From: Candidatus Aenigmatarchaeota archaeon
Lineage (GTDB): Archaea; Aenigmatarchaeota; Aenigmatarchaeia; CG10238-14; SCSR01
DNA length: 64,000 bases
Reading direction: 5' to 3'
NCBI GenBank assembly: GCA_016187385.1
Contig: JACPJU010000001.1
Coordinates: forward strand, 8,348-72,347
In this document: positions 27,373 through 36,595 of the stretch, piece by piece
How positions within the stretch are numbered: the stretch's first letter is position 1
Layout: the number at the start of each line of letters is the position of its first letter
Position numbers and translations under genes: made by a program
The notes under the pieces: generated by a model
The model's database searches: none
What the model was told of the DNA's origin: nothing
Seen by the model: only the letters and a program-made list of their open reading frames with translations

Positions 27373-27771
27373 TTACACCACTATAGTCGCAATTTTTCCG
27401 ATGGTAGAAAATCTCTCCACGACTTCCTTTGCTATAGGACCCTTGACTTCGGTTCCTTTAGGAGCTCCTTTTTCGTCTGTCAGCACGGCTGCATTGTCCT
27501 CGAAGCTGATTCTCATGCCGTCTGGTCGCCTGAATTCCTGTCTCTGCCTTACGATGACACCATTGAACATTTGCTTCCTGACTTTGGGGTCGCCTTCCTT
27601 CACAGAGACTTTTATCAAGCTGCCAATGCCTGCTTTGGGCATTCTCTTTCTCCTGCCTTTGTAACCTGAAACAGAAATTATCTGCAAGAGCTTGGCGCCG
27701 CTGTTGTCAGCACATGTTAGGTAACTACCAACATTCAGTCCTTTTGTGACAGAAGCCTTGATGCCTTTCAT
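27373..27771 (-). CDS. rpl14: Ribosomal protein uL14
   Basis: 132 aa. CADNSGAK and the remaining pattern match the uL14 consensus. Confidence 0.9.
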   Translation of the reverse strand: MKGIKASVTKGLNVGSYLTCADNSGAKLLQIISVSGYKGRRKRMPKAGIGSLIKVSVKEGDPKVRKQMFNGVIVRQRQEFRRPDGMRISFEDNAAVLTDEKGAPKGTEVKGPIAKEVVERFSTIGKIATIVV

Positions 27772-28121
27772 CCGCCCACCTTTTCAATGACAATGAAGTG
27801 CTTTGTTTTGCTTATCGGGCGGCATTCAGCCAGTGTCACGATATCTCCTTCTTTTGCGTCGATGCAAGTTGGATTATATGCTGTGATTTTCGAATGTCGC
27901 CTCTCGTATCTTTCGTATTTCGGCACAAAATTAAGATACGATCGTGAGATAATGGCTGTTTTCGTGGCTTTGGCGGAAACCACCTTGCCTTTGATGATGT
28001 TGCCTCTGACAGGAAGTATTCCGTGCCAGCAACATTTTGGATCTGAACATTCTTTTGATGGCGGTTTTGCGTCCACGCCAATGTTTCTCGCTTTCATTCT
28101 ATCAGCTTTATTAATTAACAC
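27768..28121 (-). CDS. rps17: Ribosomal protein uS17
   Basis: GKVVSAKATKTAIISRSYLNFVPKYERYERRHSKITAYNP...GDIVTLAECRPISKTKHF is S17-like. Confidence 0.85.
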   Translation of the reverse strand: MLINKADRMKARNIGVDAKPPSKECSDPKCCWHGILPVRGNIIKGKVVSAKATKTAIISRSYLNFVPKYERYERRHSKITAYNPTCIDAKEGDIVTLAECRPISKTKHFIVIEKVGG

Positions 28122-28147
28122 AAGATATGTTTTTATTCTTTTTTAAA

Positions 28148-28432
28148 CTACCATTTCGGGAGTTTTTTCTTTATCCTGTCTTCCGGCCTGGAGACGAGCA
28201 GTTTGCCGTCGATCTGTATCTTGGTTTTGTTGGGCAAGATGAACAGAAATACAGAGTTTTCTTTTATCGCAGTTCTTTCTTTTCCGTCTTTTGTTTCTAT
28301 TTTCAGGGTGTTGTAGGTTTCGTCTATGACAGTTCCCACTAATCCCTTTTGCGTGGAATCTGTGGATTTGTTTATTTTCACCTTCAATCCAATCAGTTCA
28401 TGCCTTACGAGATTGTGTGGTGTTATTGGCAT
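28148..28432 (-). CDS. rnp1: RNase P protein component 1 (Rpp29/Pop4)
   Basis: HELIGLKVKI...GLVGTVIDETYNTLKIETKDGKERTAIKENSVFLFILPNKTKIQIDG...RPEDR fits the Rpp29 Sm-like fold consensus. Canonical position upstream of rps17. Confidence 0.75.
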   Translation of the reverse strand: MPITPHNLVRHELIGLKVKINKSTDSTQKGLVGTVIDETYNTLKIETKDGKERTAIKENSVFLFILPNKTKIQIDGKLLVSRPEDRIKKKLPKW

Positions 28433-28476
28433 ATTGTTATTATCGAGAAAGTAGGATAAAAATGATAACGTAAAGT

Positions 28477-29022
28477 TTATTTGAGAGAGTTTGGGGCTTT
28501 TGTTTGATTTTGTATTGATTCAAGATCTAATAAATCAGGGAGTTTGCTATTAATCCTGCATCTGATTACTCCATCTTCTGTGGGGATTAGAATCCCGCTA
28601 TCTATTGCTTTTTTCCAGGTCTTTTCGCTGACTTTGCTCATAAACATGGATTGGAAAGCCTCTTCATACCCATTATTCAATCCCCAGTATAAAGTTCTTA
28701 GACACAATTCATATCCAGGCGTTCTTGGTTGACCTGATTGGCTGGTTAATCTGTAAAATCTTAAATTCGCAGAAAGGTTATTTGCCCAAAAATCTTGAAA
28801 TGTCATTATGTTGCCATCAAACTTTTGAGCCTCGATTTGTGCAATAAGCGAATTATCCTCAAAAATAAAATATCTAGGCGCGTCTAAAGCATGTTCTCTA
28901 AATGTCGCTAAGACGTCATATGGGGATATCTTTCCCTTATGTTCATATCTAGGCTGATCCAAGACGCTTTGACATTGTCTAATTGTTAATTCTGCTCCTT
29001 CATATATCCGAAAATGTCCCAT
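28477..29022 (-). CDS. Hypothetical protein
   Basis: 181-aa ORF between rnp1 and the divergently transcribed rpl30 block. Confidence 0.4.
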   Translation of the reverse strand: MGHFRIYEGAELTIRQCQSVLDQPRYEHKGKISPYDVLATFREHALDAPRYFIFEDNSLIAQIEAQKFDGNIMTFQDFWANNLSANLRFYRLTSQSGQPRTPGYELCLRTLYWGLNNGYEEAFQSMFMSKVSEKTWKKAIDSGILIPTEDGVIRCRINSKLPDLLDLESIQNQTKAPNSLK

Positions 29023-29184
29023 TTTACCACTAAATTTTTATTTTATAATTTCCGTTTTCGCGCCACTCTTGCTCGAACTCCGAAACGATTTCGCCAGTTC
29101 GATATCTCAATGTCACCGGCATATCATTTACTTAAATCAAAAACTTTAAAAAAGATTAATTAACATAATCCTACAAGTGAAACT

Positions 29185-29643
29185 ATGCTAAGTGTGGTAA
29201 GAATCAGGGGAACGGCCGATTTGTCTAATGAAGTCCGCGATACGCTGAAATCACTTGGATTGAACGCCCCCAACCACTGTGCTCTAGTCCCGGAAATGCC
29301 CGCATACAAAGGAATGCTCGATAAGGTGAAGGATGTTGTCACTTATGGCGAAATTGAAAAGAAGATGCTGGTGGAAATGCTGAAGAAAAGATTGAGGATG
29401 ACTGACGACAAAAAAGTGAATGAGAGCACGCTGAAAACAGTTACAAAGTTCAATTCTTATGACGAGTTTGCGGACATGTTGATTCAAGGGAAAGCGATGC
29501 TGAGCGACTTTAAGAAACTGCAGCCGATATTCAGACTAACGCCTCCATCAAAAGGCTTCAGGTCTATAAGAGAACATTATCCTAAAGGGGACTTGGGCTA
29601 CAGGGGAACCGCAATCAACAGCTTACTGAAAAGGATGATTTGA
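29185..29643 (+). CDS. rpl30: Ribosomal protein uL30
   Basis: MLSVVRIRGTADLSNEVRDTLKSLGLNAPNHCALV is the uL30 N-terminal signature. Confidence 0.85.
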   Translation: MLSVVRIRGTADLSNEVRDTLKSLGLNAPNHCALVPEMPAYKGMLDKVKDVVTYGEIEKKMLVEMLKKRLRMTDDKKVNESTLKTVTKFNSYDEFADMLIQGKAMLSDFKKLQPIFRLTPPSKGFRSIREHYPKGDLGYRGTAINSLLKRMI

Positions 29644-30081
29644 ATGGTTGTGAATAAAAGAAAGAAGCACACAAGATTCAGAGGGAACAGGCATTACCAC
29701 GGCTCCCACAAGAAGCACAAGGGTGCTGGAGGAAGAGGAGGCAGGGGAGATGCTGGCCTGCACAAGCACAACTGGACATGGACAGTGAAATACGACCCTC
29801 ATCATTATGGAAAAAGGGGATTCAAGCGCCACCCCTCTGTTGTCAGACATTTGAAAACCATAAACTTAAAAGACATCGACTCGATGGTGGACAAGCTGGT
29901 GGAGAAGAAACTTGCGGGAGAGGAAAACGGAAAAATAAAAATCAATCTCGAAAAGATAGGATACGACAAGCTTCTGGGCGCTGGAAGAATAACAAAGCCT
30001 ATTATTGTCGAATGCAAATATTTCTCTAAGAATGTCGAAAAGAAATTGGAACAAGCCGGCGGTAAGCTGGTCAAATTGTAG
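29644..30081 (+). CDS. rpl15: Ribosomal protein uL15
   Basis: RKKHTRFRGNRHYHGSHKKHKGAGGRGGRGDAG is the Gly/Arg-rich uL15 N-terminus. Confidence 0.85.
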   Translation: MVVNKRKKHTRFRGNRHYHGSHKKHKGAGGRGGRGDAGLHKHNWTWTVKYDPHHYGKRGFKRHPSVVRHLKTINLKDIDSMVDKLVEKKLAGEENGKIKINLEKIGYDKLLGAGRITKPIIVECKYFSKNVEKKLEQAGGKLVKL

Positions 30082-30091
30082 GTTTTGAATC

Positions 30092-31516
30092 ATGGATGAA
30101 GAACAACCAGAAAAGAAAGATTTGGCGACAAGGCTTGTAAGATTCTTCCCTGCTATCGCCAAGCCTGAATACAAGCAGGACCTGAACGCCAGGCTCAAAT
30201 GGACCGGAATAGCCCTATTATTGTTTTTGCTGCTTTCTCACATCATCATGTACGGCATAGACAGGTCGGCTTCTTTCGAGCAGTTCAAGTTCTTTGAAAT
30301 CGTGCTCGGCTCGAAGTTCGGAAGCTTGATGACGCTTGGCATAGGTCCAATAGTCACGGCAGGTATCATCATGCAGTTGTTGACAGGATCGAAAATTATT
30401 AATTGGGACACGACAAAGCCAGAAGGCAGGAAAAAGTTTCAGACATGGAACAAGCTTCTTGCGGTCATACTCGCATTCGCAGAAGCGGCGGCATTCGCAA
30501 TGTCTGGTGCACTGCCTATCACTGGTGGGCTACCGATAATGCTATTCGTGATTGTCCAGTTGGCAGCAGGCGGTATAATTGTGATACTTCTTGACGAACT
30601 GGTGAGCAAGTGGGGATTCGGTTCCGGTATAAGCCTTTTCATAGCAGCGGGTGTTGCAACGCAGGTCGTGATAGGATTGATAAGTCCCCTTTCAATTGGA
30701 GGTGTGACAGCTGGCGCTATACCAGGGTTCATATTGAGCTTGATAGGAGGTGATATTGAATTGGCAGCAAGATACATGCTTCCTGTTCTGACCACTACCG
30801 CGATATTTTTGATTGTGGTTTATGCCCAGCACATAAAAATCCAGATACCACTGACATTCTCAACGATGAGGGGATTCGGAAGGACATGGGACCTTAAACT
30901 GCTTTACACGAGCAATATTCCAGTCATCCTGACAGCAGCTTTGATAGCGAACATACAACTGCTTGCAAGATTCGGCACGGCTCCGACGCCAGACGGACTT
31001 ATTTGCGGACCGCTTGCATGCTTCGACCAAGCGGGGAATGTGGTGAGTGGTATTGTATATTTCTTATCGGTGCCAGGCGGCGGCATCTTCAACAACAGCC
31101 TTTTGTTCCAGATAGTTTCCGGCACTGTGATTCCGGGTGAAATCCTGCGGGCGTTGACGTACACGCTATTCCTTGCGATAGGGTCTATGACATTTTCCAT
31201 TTTCTGGGTCAATACTGCTGGAATGAATGCGGAAAGCGTTTCAAGGCAACTGGACAGCGCAGGCATGCAGATTCCCGGCTACAGAAAGGACACAAGAGTC
31301 ATGCAGGCTGTTCTGAACAGGTATATACCCCAGCTGGCTGTTCTCGGCGGTTTAGCCATAGGCTTGCTGGCTGCAGTGGCAGACCTGACAGGTGCGATAG
31401 GAACAGGAACCGGAATACTTTTAACTGTTATGATCGTTTATAATTATTACGAACAACTTCAGCGCGAGAAGCTTGACGAAGCACATCCGTTGATAAGGAA
31501 GATTGTAGGCGAGTGA
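30092..31516 (+). CDS. secY: Preprotein translocase subunit SecY
   Basis: 474 aa, 10 TM helices. Canonical position after rpl15. Confidence 0.9.
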   Translation: MDEEQPEKKDLATRLVRFFPAIAKPEYKQDLNARLKWTGIALLLFLLLSHIIMYGIDRSASFEQFKFFEIVLGSKFGSLMTLGIGPIVTAGIIMQLLTGSKIINWDTTKPEGRKKFQTWNKLLAVILAFAEAAAFAMSGALPITGGLPIMLFVIVQLAAGGIIVILLDELVSKWGFGSGISLFIAAGVATQVVIGLISPLSIGGVTAGAIPGFILSLIGGDIELAARYMLPVLTTTAIFLIVVYAQHIKIQIPLTFSTMRGFGRTWDLKLLYTSNIPVILTAALIANIQLLARFGTAPTPDGLICGPLACFDQAGNVVSGIVYFLSVPGGGIFNNSLLFQIVSGTVIPGEILRALTYTLFLAIGSMTFSIFWVNTAGMNAESVSRQLDSAGMQIPGYRKDTRVMQAVLNRYIPQLAVLGGLAIGLLAAVADLTGAIGTGTGILLTVMIVYNYYEQLQREKLDEAHPLIRKIVGE

Positions 31517-31517
31517 A

Positions 31518-32009
31518 ATGGTATTTGAATTCACGGGCAAACTTATAGACCCCATATTTGCACCTTTGCTAGTTTTCGATCCTTATCTATCCATATTCCT
31601 CTTTTCGGTCTTTATTTCGGCAGTCATTTTCGGAATAAACAAGCTGATGATAAACAAAAAGGTTGCGAAAGAGATAAAGGAGAAGCTTACGAACATACGC
31701 GAGAATCTGACCAAGGCACAGAAGGAGGGGAAGAAGGACGAGATAAACAAATTCCTGAACGAGTACATGAAGACCAACAACGAGTACATGCAGCAGATGT
31801 TCAAGGTAATGATAGTGTCCTTAGTTGTTGTTATTGTTTTCTTTCCGTGGGGTTCATACAGGTTTGGTGATGCTGTTGTGGTGACGCATCCTGTTGTGCA
31901 AGCTTTGAACTCGTTGCCTCTGATCAGCCTTCTGCCGAACTGGGTTGTGTGGTATGCGCTTGTTTCGGTTGCAGTAAGCTGGACATTGAGGAAATTCTTG
32001 GGTGAGTGA
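31518..32009 (+). CDS. DUF106 / archaeal YidC-Oxa1-like (EMC3/Get1-type) membrane protein
   Basis: 163 aa. TM1, then a charged coiled coil (KKVAKEIKEKLTNIRENLTKAQKEGKKDEINKF), then two more TM segments. Sits in the conserved secY-(adk)-DUF106-rpl34e neighbourhood. Confidence 0.55.
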   Translation: MVFEFTGKLIDPIFAPLLVFDPYLSIFLFSVFISAVIFGINKLMINKKVAKEIKEKLTNIRENLTKAQKEGKKDEINKFLNEYMKTNNEYMQQMFKVMIVSLVVVIVFFPWGSYRFGDAVVVTHPVVQALNSLPLISLLPNWVVWYALVSVAVSWTLRKFLGE

Positions 32010-32258
32010 ATGAAAAAAGTCAAGAGAAGGGTTACTTCAGGAAAAGTCAGGATTCATGTAAAGCGCGAGAAGACTGCTTTGCACAGATGCGCGAATTGCA
32101 AAGGCATTCTCCATGGCATGAAAAGATTGATGCAGAGCCGTGTGAGAAAGCTGGCTAAAAGTGACAGGAGACCTGACAGGCCATATGGCGGTTATCTCTG
32201 TTCCAACTGCACAAGGGAATTATTCAGGGAAAGGGCTAGAGTTTCAAATGATATTTAA
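32010..32258 (+). CDS. rpl34e: Ribosomal protein eL34
   Basis: RCANCKGILHGM...YGGYLCSNC is the eL34 zinc-binding pattern. Confidence 0.85.
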   Translation: MKKVKRRVTSGKVRIHVKREKTALHRCANCKGILHGMKRLMQSRVRKLAKSDRRPDRPYGGYLCSNCTRELFRERARVSNDI

Positions 32259-32284
32259 ATGTCAGTTTATTTTAGAAGTTGATT

Positions 32285-33559
32285 TTATTCTCTAATAACT
32301 ACTGCTTCTTTACCGTTACTGATTATTCGCACTCTATCTCTTACAGATTCGGTCGTTTGATACATTTTTTGATACCATAAGTTACTTTTTAATATTGACA
32401 CATCCGCTTTCTTTATTAATCTCATTAAACCGTGTACTAGGAAATTGTCGGCTCGCCCAATAACCAATGCTCTCATATTCGGAACGCTTAAATCTACGTC
32501 GTACTCCTCTTGGTGTGCGGAAGATGTCATGAAACAATATCTTTCTCTACCCAGCATTTCAGATGAGGATGAGTAATGAATTTTCATTACATTAGCTGAA
32601 CCATATAATATAATATCTGCATTCCCGCCGAGAATTGAAGACATTCCTAAATTAGTCAGGTTCATTTTTAAATCATCATCAACTCCTTCAAAAGTTATTT
32701 CAGGTTCTTCGAACCCTCCTAATTTCGATGCAACCTGTAACACCTCCCATTTGCCCAGTCCTCTTATCACCGGTAGCACAATTCCTTGGGGAGGAGTTAT
32801 ACCAAAAACTATGTCAGCATGTAAAACATTTGCACCAACCGATGGCAATTGAAAATCTGCCGTTTCAATTCTTTTGAATGGCCTGACTTGGTATAATTCA
32901 AACGGGTCATAACCAAATTCGACAAATAGACTTTGTCCGTCTGCAATTTCTTTTAAACTTTCTAATTGTCTATATCTATCTACTAAAAACTTCGCATCTT
33001 CATCTGAGATTCCACGGCTAATTATTTCGTGGTTTTCACTTTCGCCTTGGACTTTTTCATCAAATAAATATCTTTTATGTTGACGGGAATATTCACCCCT
33101 GCCTTCGAAATAAGATATGAAAATCAAATCAGGATTATTGGGATGCCTCATCATAGCCCCGCAATAACCTGAAGGCGACTGTTCTTGTATAACAACATTA
33201 ATTTGTTCATCGATATGGAACCCGTTCTGTCTGGCGTATTCAACTGCTCTTTCACTAGTTGCACTTTTTTCAACTTGCCTAATTGCATCCTCTAAAGAAC
33301 ATTTATCATAAACATCAGGAACGGAATCGAAAATACCCTCGAAATCACTGTATTCATATGGTGAAGAGGAACGAACAATAACAGGCTTTTTCATGCGATG
33401 AAAACGGTGTAAAACACCGCTCAAGCCAGCTCCATATTCTTTTATCACATAATTTGGGATAGGGATGTCTGGAAGTTTATCTCTCACATAATTAAGTATT
33501 GCACCCTTTCCTCCGTATTGGGTTATTTCAGATGCAGTCAACATAGAAAAACCTATCAA
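32285..33559 (-). CDS. PEP-utilising-enzyme-like (PPDK_N-type ATP-grasp) domain protein
   Basis: 424 aa. N-terminal YGGKGAILNYV resembles the GGK(G/S)ANLxEM nucleotide-binding motif of PEP synthase / pyruvate phosphate dikinase N-terminal domains. The rest is not recognised. Confidence 0.35.
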   Translation of the reverse strand: MIGFSMLTASEITQYGGKGAILNYVRDKLPDIPIPNYVIKEYGAGLSGVLHRFHRMKKPVIVRSSSPYEYSDFEGIFDSVPDVYDKCSLEDAIRQVEKSATSERAVEYARQNGFHIDEQINVVIQEQSPSGYCGAMMRHPNNPDLIFISYFEGRGEYSRQHKRYLFDEKVQGESENHEIISRGISDEDAKFLVDRYRQLESLKEIADGQSLFVEFGYDPFELYQVRPFKRIETADFQLPSVGANVLHADIVFGITPPQGIVLPVIRGLGKWEVLQVASKLGGFEEPEITFEGVDDDLKMNLTNLGMSSILGGNADIILYGSANVMKIHYSSSSEMLGRERYCFMTSSAHQEEYDVDLSVPNMRALVIGRADNFLVHGLMRLIKKADVSILKSNLWYQKMYQTTESVRDRVRIISNGKEAVVIRE

Positions 33560-33578
33560 ATATTACAAATTTAAGCAT

Positions 33579-33917
33579 TCAAAAACTCTTAAAATCGTCT
33601 AAAAATTCACTCCTATTATAATATTCTTCTCTTGCGTGCGCAAGCTCCAGTTCTGCGTATCCATCTCGAATAGCCAGCCAAGCGGAATAGAATCGTTCAA
33701 CCGCAATTCCTGCTAAACACGCTGTAAAGATCATCTTAGGATTGTCACTAAATGGTGTTAATATAGCAGATACTGCAGTTATGCCGCCTATCCTGTATAA
33801 ACTTCCCATCACGATATCATAAGGCGAACGAACTCTTCCTCGAATCTCAGTTATGTGATTTTTCAATTCATTTATGGATAACTCTGAGAAATCATATCCT
33901 TTTCTATAAAACATCAA
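33579..33917 (-). CDS. Hypothetical protein
   Basis: 112-aa ORF with one hydrophobic segment. Confidence 0.3.
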   Translation of the reverse strand: MMFYRKGYDFSELSINELKNHITEIRGRVRSPYDIVMGSLYRIGGITAVSAILTPFSDNPKMIFTACLAGIAVERFYSAWLAIRDGYAELELAHAREEYYNRSEFLDDFKSF

Positions 33918-33983
33918 TGAGACACCAGGATTCTTTATGATTTATAAATCTAATAAAGATATAAAATATTGAATATTATGGCA

Positions 33984-34325
33984 ATGGAAGTAGGAATGGT
34001 GTGCATGAAGGTTTCCGGCAGGGAAGGCGGAAATATTTGCACGATTGTAAAGAAAGTTGATAAGAGTTTTGTCGAGATTACTGGTCCTAGGCTAGTTACT
34101 GGTGTGAAGCGCAGGAGATGCAATATAGCACATTTGGAGCCTGTCGGTATGTTCATGGAGATTGGTGAAGGTGCCAATGATGAGGATATAATAGAGGCTT
34201 ATAAGAAGGCTGGTGTGATTACAAAGTTCAACTTGAAACTACCTTCCGCTGCCGAATTAAAATCTGTTAAAGAGAAGGTTGAAATCAAGAAGGAAAAGAC
34301 TGAAGCTAAAACCAAAGAGAAGTAA
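33984..34325 (+). CDS. rpl14e: Ribosomal protein eL14
   Basis: MEVGMVCMKVSGREGGNICTIVKKVDKSFVEITGP...GVKRRRCNIAHLEP matches the eL14 consensus (GrVC.k.aGreaGk.c.IV...d..fvlvtGp...gVkRRr.N..HLE). Start chosen at an internal Met of ORF 33969. Confidence 0.8.
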   Translation: MEVGMVCMKVSGREGGNICTIVKKVDKSFVEITGPRLVTGVKRRRCNIAHLEPVGMFMEIGEGANDEDIIEAYKKAGVITKFNLKLPSAAELKSVKEKVEIKKEKTEAKTKEK

Positions 34326-34352
34326 TATAAACTCTCAAACAATTTAAATTTC

Positions 34353-35309
34353 ATGTGGTTGACCAAATCAGACGAAGAGACAAATCCTGAATACGGAAAA
34401 TATCCTAAAGACAGGAATATAAACGAACTGATAGATTCTTCTGTACTAATTGTTGACAAGCATGCAGGTCCCACATCGCATCAAGTGACTGCATGGATAA
34501 GAGACATTTTTAATGCCAAGAATTGCGGGCATTCTGGAACTTTAGATCCTGGTGTGACAGGTGTTCTTCCCGTAGCTTTGGGAAATGCAACAAAGGTCAT
34601 GCCTGTATTGACGGGATTAGATAAAGAATACGTTGGGACAATGCATCTGCACAAGGAAGTTCCTGAAGACATGCTGAGAAATGTGATAGTTGAGAGATTC
34701 ATAGGGAAAATAAGGCAGCGTCCGCCAGTGAAATCTGCTGTAGCCAGAATTGAAAGGGAGCGCGAGATTCATTTTTTCGATATATTAGAAATTGACGGAA
34801 AGGACGTTTTGTTCAAAGTCGGCTGCGAAGCAGGGACATACATAAGAAAACTGTGCCATGACATCGGCAGGGCATTGAATGTTGGCGCGCATATGTCAGA
34901 ATTGAGAAGAACTAAAGTCGGGAATTTTACGGAAAATGATGCTCATTCGTTGGTTGAAGTTAGAGATGCGTATGAAATCTGGAAAGAGAATAATGATGAG
35001 GCTAATCTAAGAAATATATTGATCCCTGTGGAATATGCTACACTGCATACGAAGAGAATTTTTGTGAAAGACTCTGCCGTAGCTTCGCTTTGCAACGGAT
35101 CTCCGCTATATCCGAGGGGGATAACTAGAATACAGGAAGGTATTATAAGGGGTGAGACAATCGCTGTCATGACATTGAAAGAAGAATTGATTGCATTGGG
35201 TATAGCTAAGATGACGAGCGACGAAATGTTCAAGAGAAAGACTGGAGTTGCGTGCAGGATTGACAGGGTGCTAATGCCAATGGAATTATATCCGAAGTGG
35301 GATAGATAA
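34353..35309 (+). CDS. cbf5: tRNA/rRNA pseudouridine synthase Cbf5 (TruB family, with PUA domain)
   Basis: HSGTLDPGVTGVLPVALGNATK contains the TruB catalytic Asp motif (GTLDP). C-terminal PUA-like region. Adjacent to rpl14e, as in most archaea. Confidence 0.85.
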   Translation: MWLTKSDEETNPEYGKYPKDRNINELIDSSVLIVDKHAGPTSHQVTAWIRDIFNAKNCGHSGTLDPGVTGVLPVALGNATKVMPVLTGLDKEYVGTMHLHKEVPEDMLRNVIVERFIGKIRQRPPVKSAVARIEREREIHFFDILEIDGKDVLFKVGCEAGTYIRKLCHDIGRALNVGAHMSELRRTKVGNFTENDAHSLVEVRDAYEIWKENNDEANLRNILIPVEYATLHTKRIFVKDSAVASLCNGSPLYPRGITRIQEGIIRGETIAVMTLKEELIALGIAKMTSDEMFKRKTGVACRIDRVLMPMELYPKWDR

Positions 35310-35310
35310 A

Positions 35311-36159
35311 TTATTTTCCTGTACCTAATCGCATTTTTCTCATAGTGTATCCAATCGGATCAGCCGCCGTAAAAAAATTAAGAAAGTTTTGAGCTAGAAA
35401 TAGTGGTTTACGTAAAGCCATAGAGACTTTTTCACGATAGAAATCAATTGCTGAAGCGTTATTAGTGTAATTCGTACCATCGTATGTGGGAACGTCTTTT
35501 AGAAAAAACGCGAACATTTTATCGAATTTGGATTTATTTGCTTCGTATGTTGATCTTATTTTACTTGGGTCTTCAAACCTGACATCTGCTTCATAACTTA
35601 CACCAACATATTTTAAAGCGAAATCTTCAAAAGTGAAATTTCTAGGAAGGAGAGAAATCACTCTAAAAAGATTTTCTTCTCGTAGATCACTAATTACATC
35701 GATTGAATCGTCTTGAGAAAGACCACTTCCTGGGATTTGAAATACCGCCAAAGGCTTTGTCAATCTGAAACCAATGTATTTACTGAAAGAATATGTTTCA
35801 CTCGTGAATTGGGCTTTAGATATAACACCGATCTTTATTTTTCCGCCGTCCAAATGGTAAAAGTTAGGACTCAGTCTATTCAAAAAAGTTTGTACTTCAA
35901 CAGATCTTGCAGGTTTGACATAGGGTGTTTGAACAACCCATTCATTTTCATTGTAGAATTGCCTAGGGTCATCAACAACAACTATAAAGTCTTTCATACT
36001 ATCGGGTTTTTGTGTGCCATAAACCCAAGAACCATATCCTATAATTAACGAAACATGGTCTCCTAATCTATTATGGAGGTCTTTTGCGGTTTTAGCCAGT
36101 TCAGAAGAACCTTCTAATGTCATGAATTCATTGTCAAAAAGTAATTCCTCATAATTCAA
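35311..36159 (-). CDS. Hypothetical protein (possible nucleotidyltransferase fold)
   Basis: 282 aa. GYGSWVYGTQKPDSMKDFIVVVDD resembles a GS...D.D NTase signature. Family unclear. Confidence 0.3.
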   Translation of the reverse strand: MNYEELLFDNEFMTLEGSSELAKTAKDLHNRLGDHVSLIIGYGSWVYGTQKPDSMKDFIVVVDDPRQFYNENEWVVQTPYVKPARSVEVQTFLNRLSPNFYHLDGGKIKIGVISKAQFTSETYSFSKYIGFRLTKPLAVFQIPGSGLSQDDSIDVISDLREENLFRVISLLPRNFTFEDFALKYVGVSYEADVRFEDPSKIRSTYEANKSKFDKMFAFFLKDVPTYDGTNYTNNASAIDFYREKVSMALRKPLFLAQNFLNFFTAADPIGYTMRKMRLGTGK

Positions 36160-36230
36160 TATTCCACCAAAACTTCTCTTGAACTTTAGACATTAAAAGG
36201 TTTATAAACCAAAAAATGTAGTGAGGTTTT

Positions 36231-36518
36231 ATGAAAATTTCTGATATAAGACTGGGAGTAAGCGGGATTATTATAGAAGCCAAAATAGTTGAGGTGGGTG
36301 AGCCCAGAACGGTCAATACAAAATACGGACCGAGAAATGTGGCTGATGCTATTTTGGAGGACGGCACTGGACAAATAAAACTTTCATTGTGGGAGGACCA
36401 AATCGATTCTGTTTCTGTCGGAGACAAGGTTGCTGTCAGAGGGGCTTATGTCACGCAGTTCAGAGACACGCTCCAGTTGAACATACCGAAAACTGGGAAA
36501 TTGGAAGTTGTCAAGTGA
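36231..36518 (+). CDS. Single OB-fold ssDNA-binding protein (short SSB/RPA-like)
   Basis: 95 aa. ...AILEDGTGQIKLSLWEDQIDSVSVGDKVAVRGAYVTQFRDTLQLNI fits the archaeal RPA OB-fold pattern (DeTG.i..tlW......l..Gd.v.i..a.v). Confidence 0.65.
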   Translation: MKISDIRLGVSGIIIEAKIVEVGEPRTVNTKYGPRNVADAILEDGTGQIKLSLWEDQIDSVSVGDKVAVRGAYVTQFRDTLQLNIPKTGKLEVVK

Positions 36519-36595
36519 TTTCTTTAAATAATAAAAACATCTTTTAACGATAATATACACATAGGCTCAAGAGCTGACAACAAGATGATGTGAAT

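Noticed and set aside
26989-28342. Plus-strand ORFs across 27.0-28.3 kb (for example 27155..27664, 27787..28146)
   Set aside because: They are antisense to rpl24, rpl14, rps17 and rnp1. Low-complexity translations.
29040-29110. Inverted repeat TCGAACTCCGAAACGATTTCGCCAGTTCGA between the 181-aa gene and rpl30
   Set aside because: It could be a terminator or a regulatory hairpin. The stem is only 7 bp with a 16-nt loop and no flanking T-run, so it is not convincing enough to annotate.
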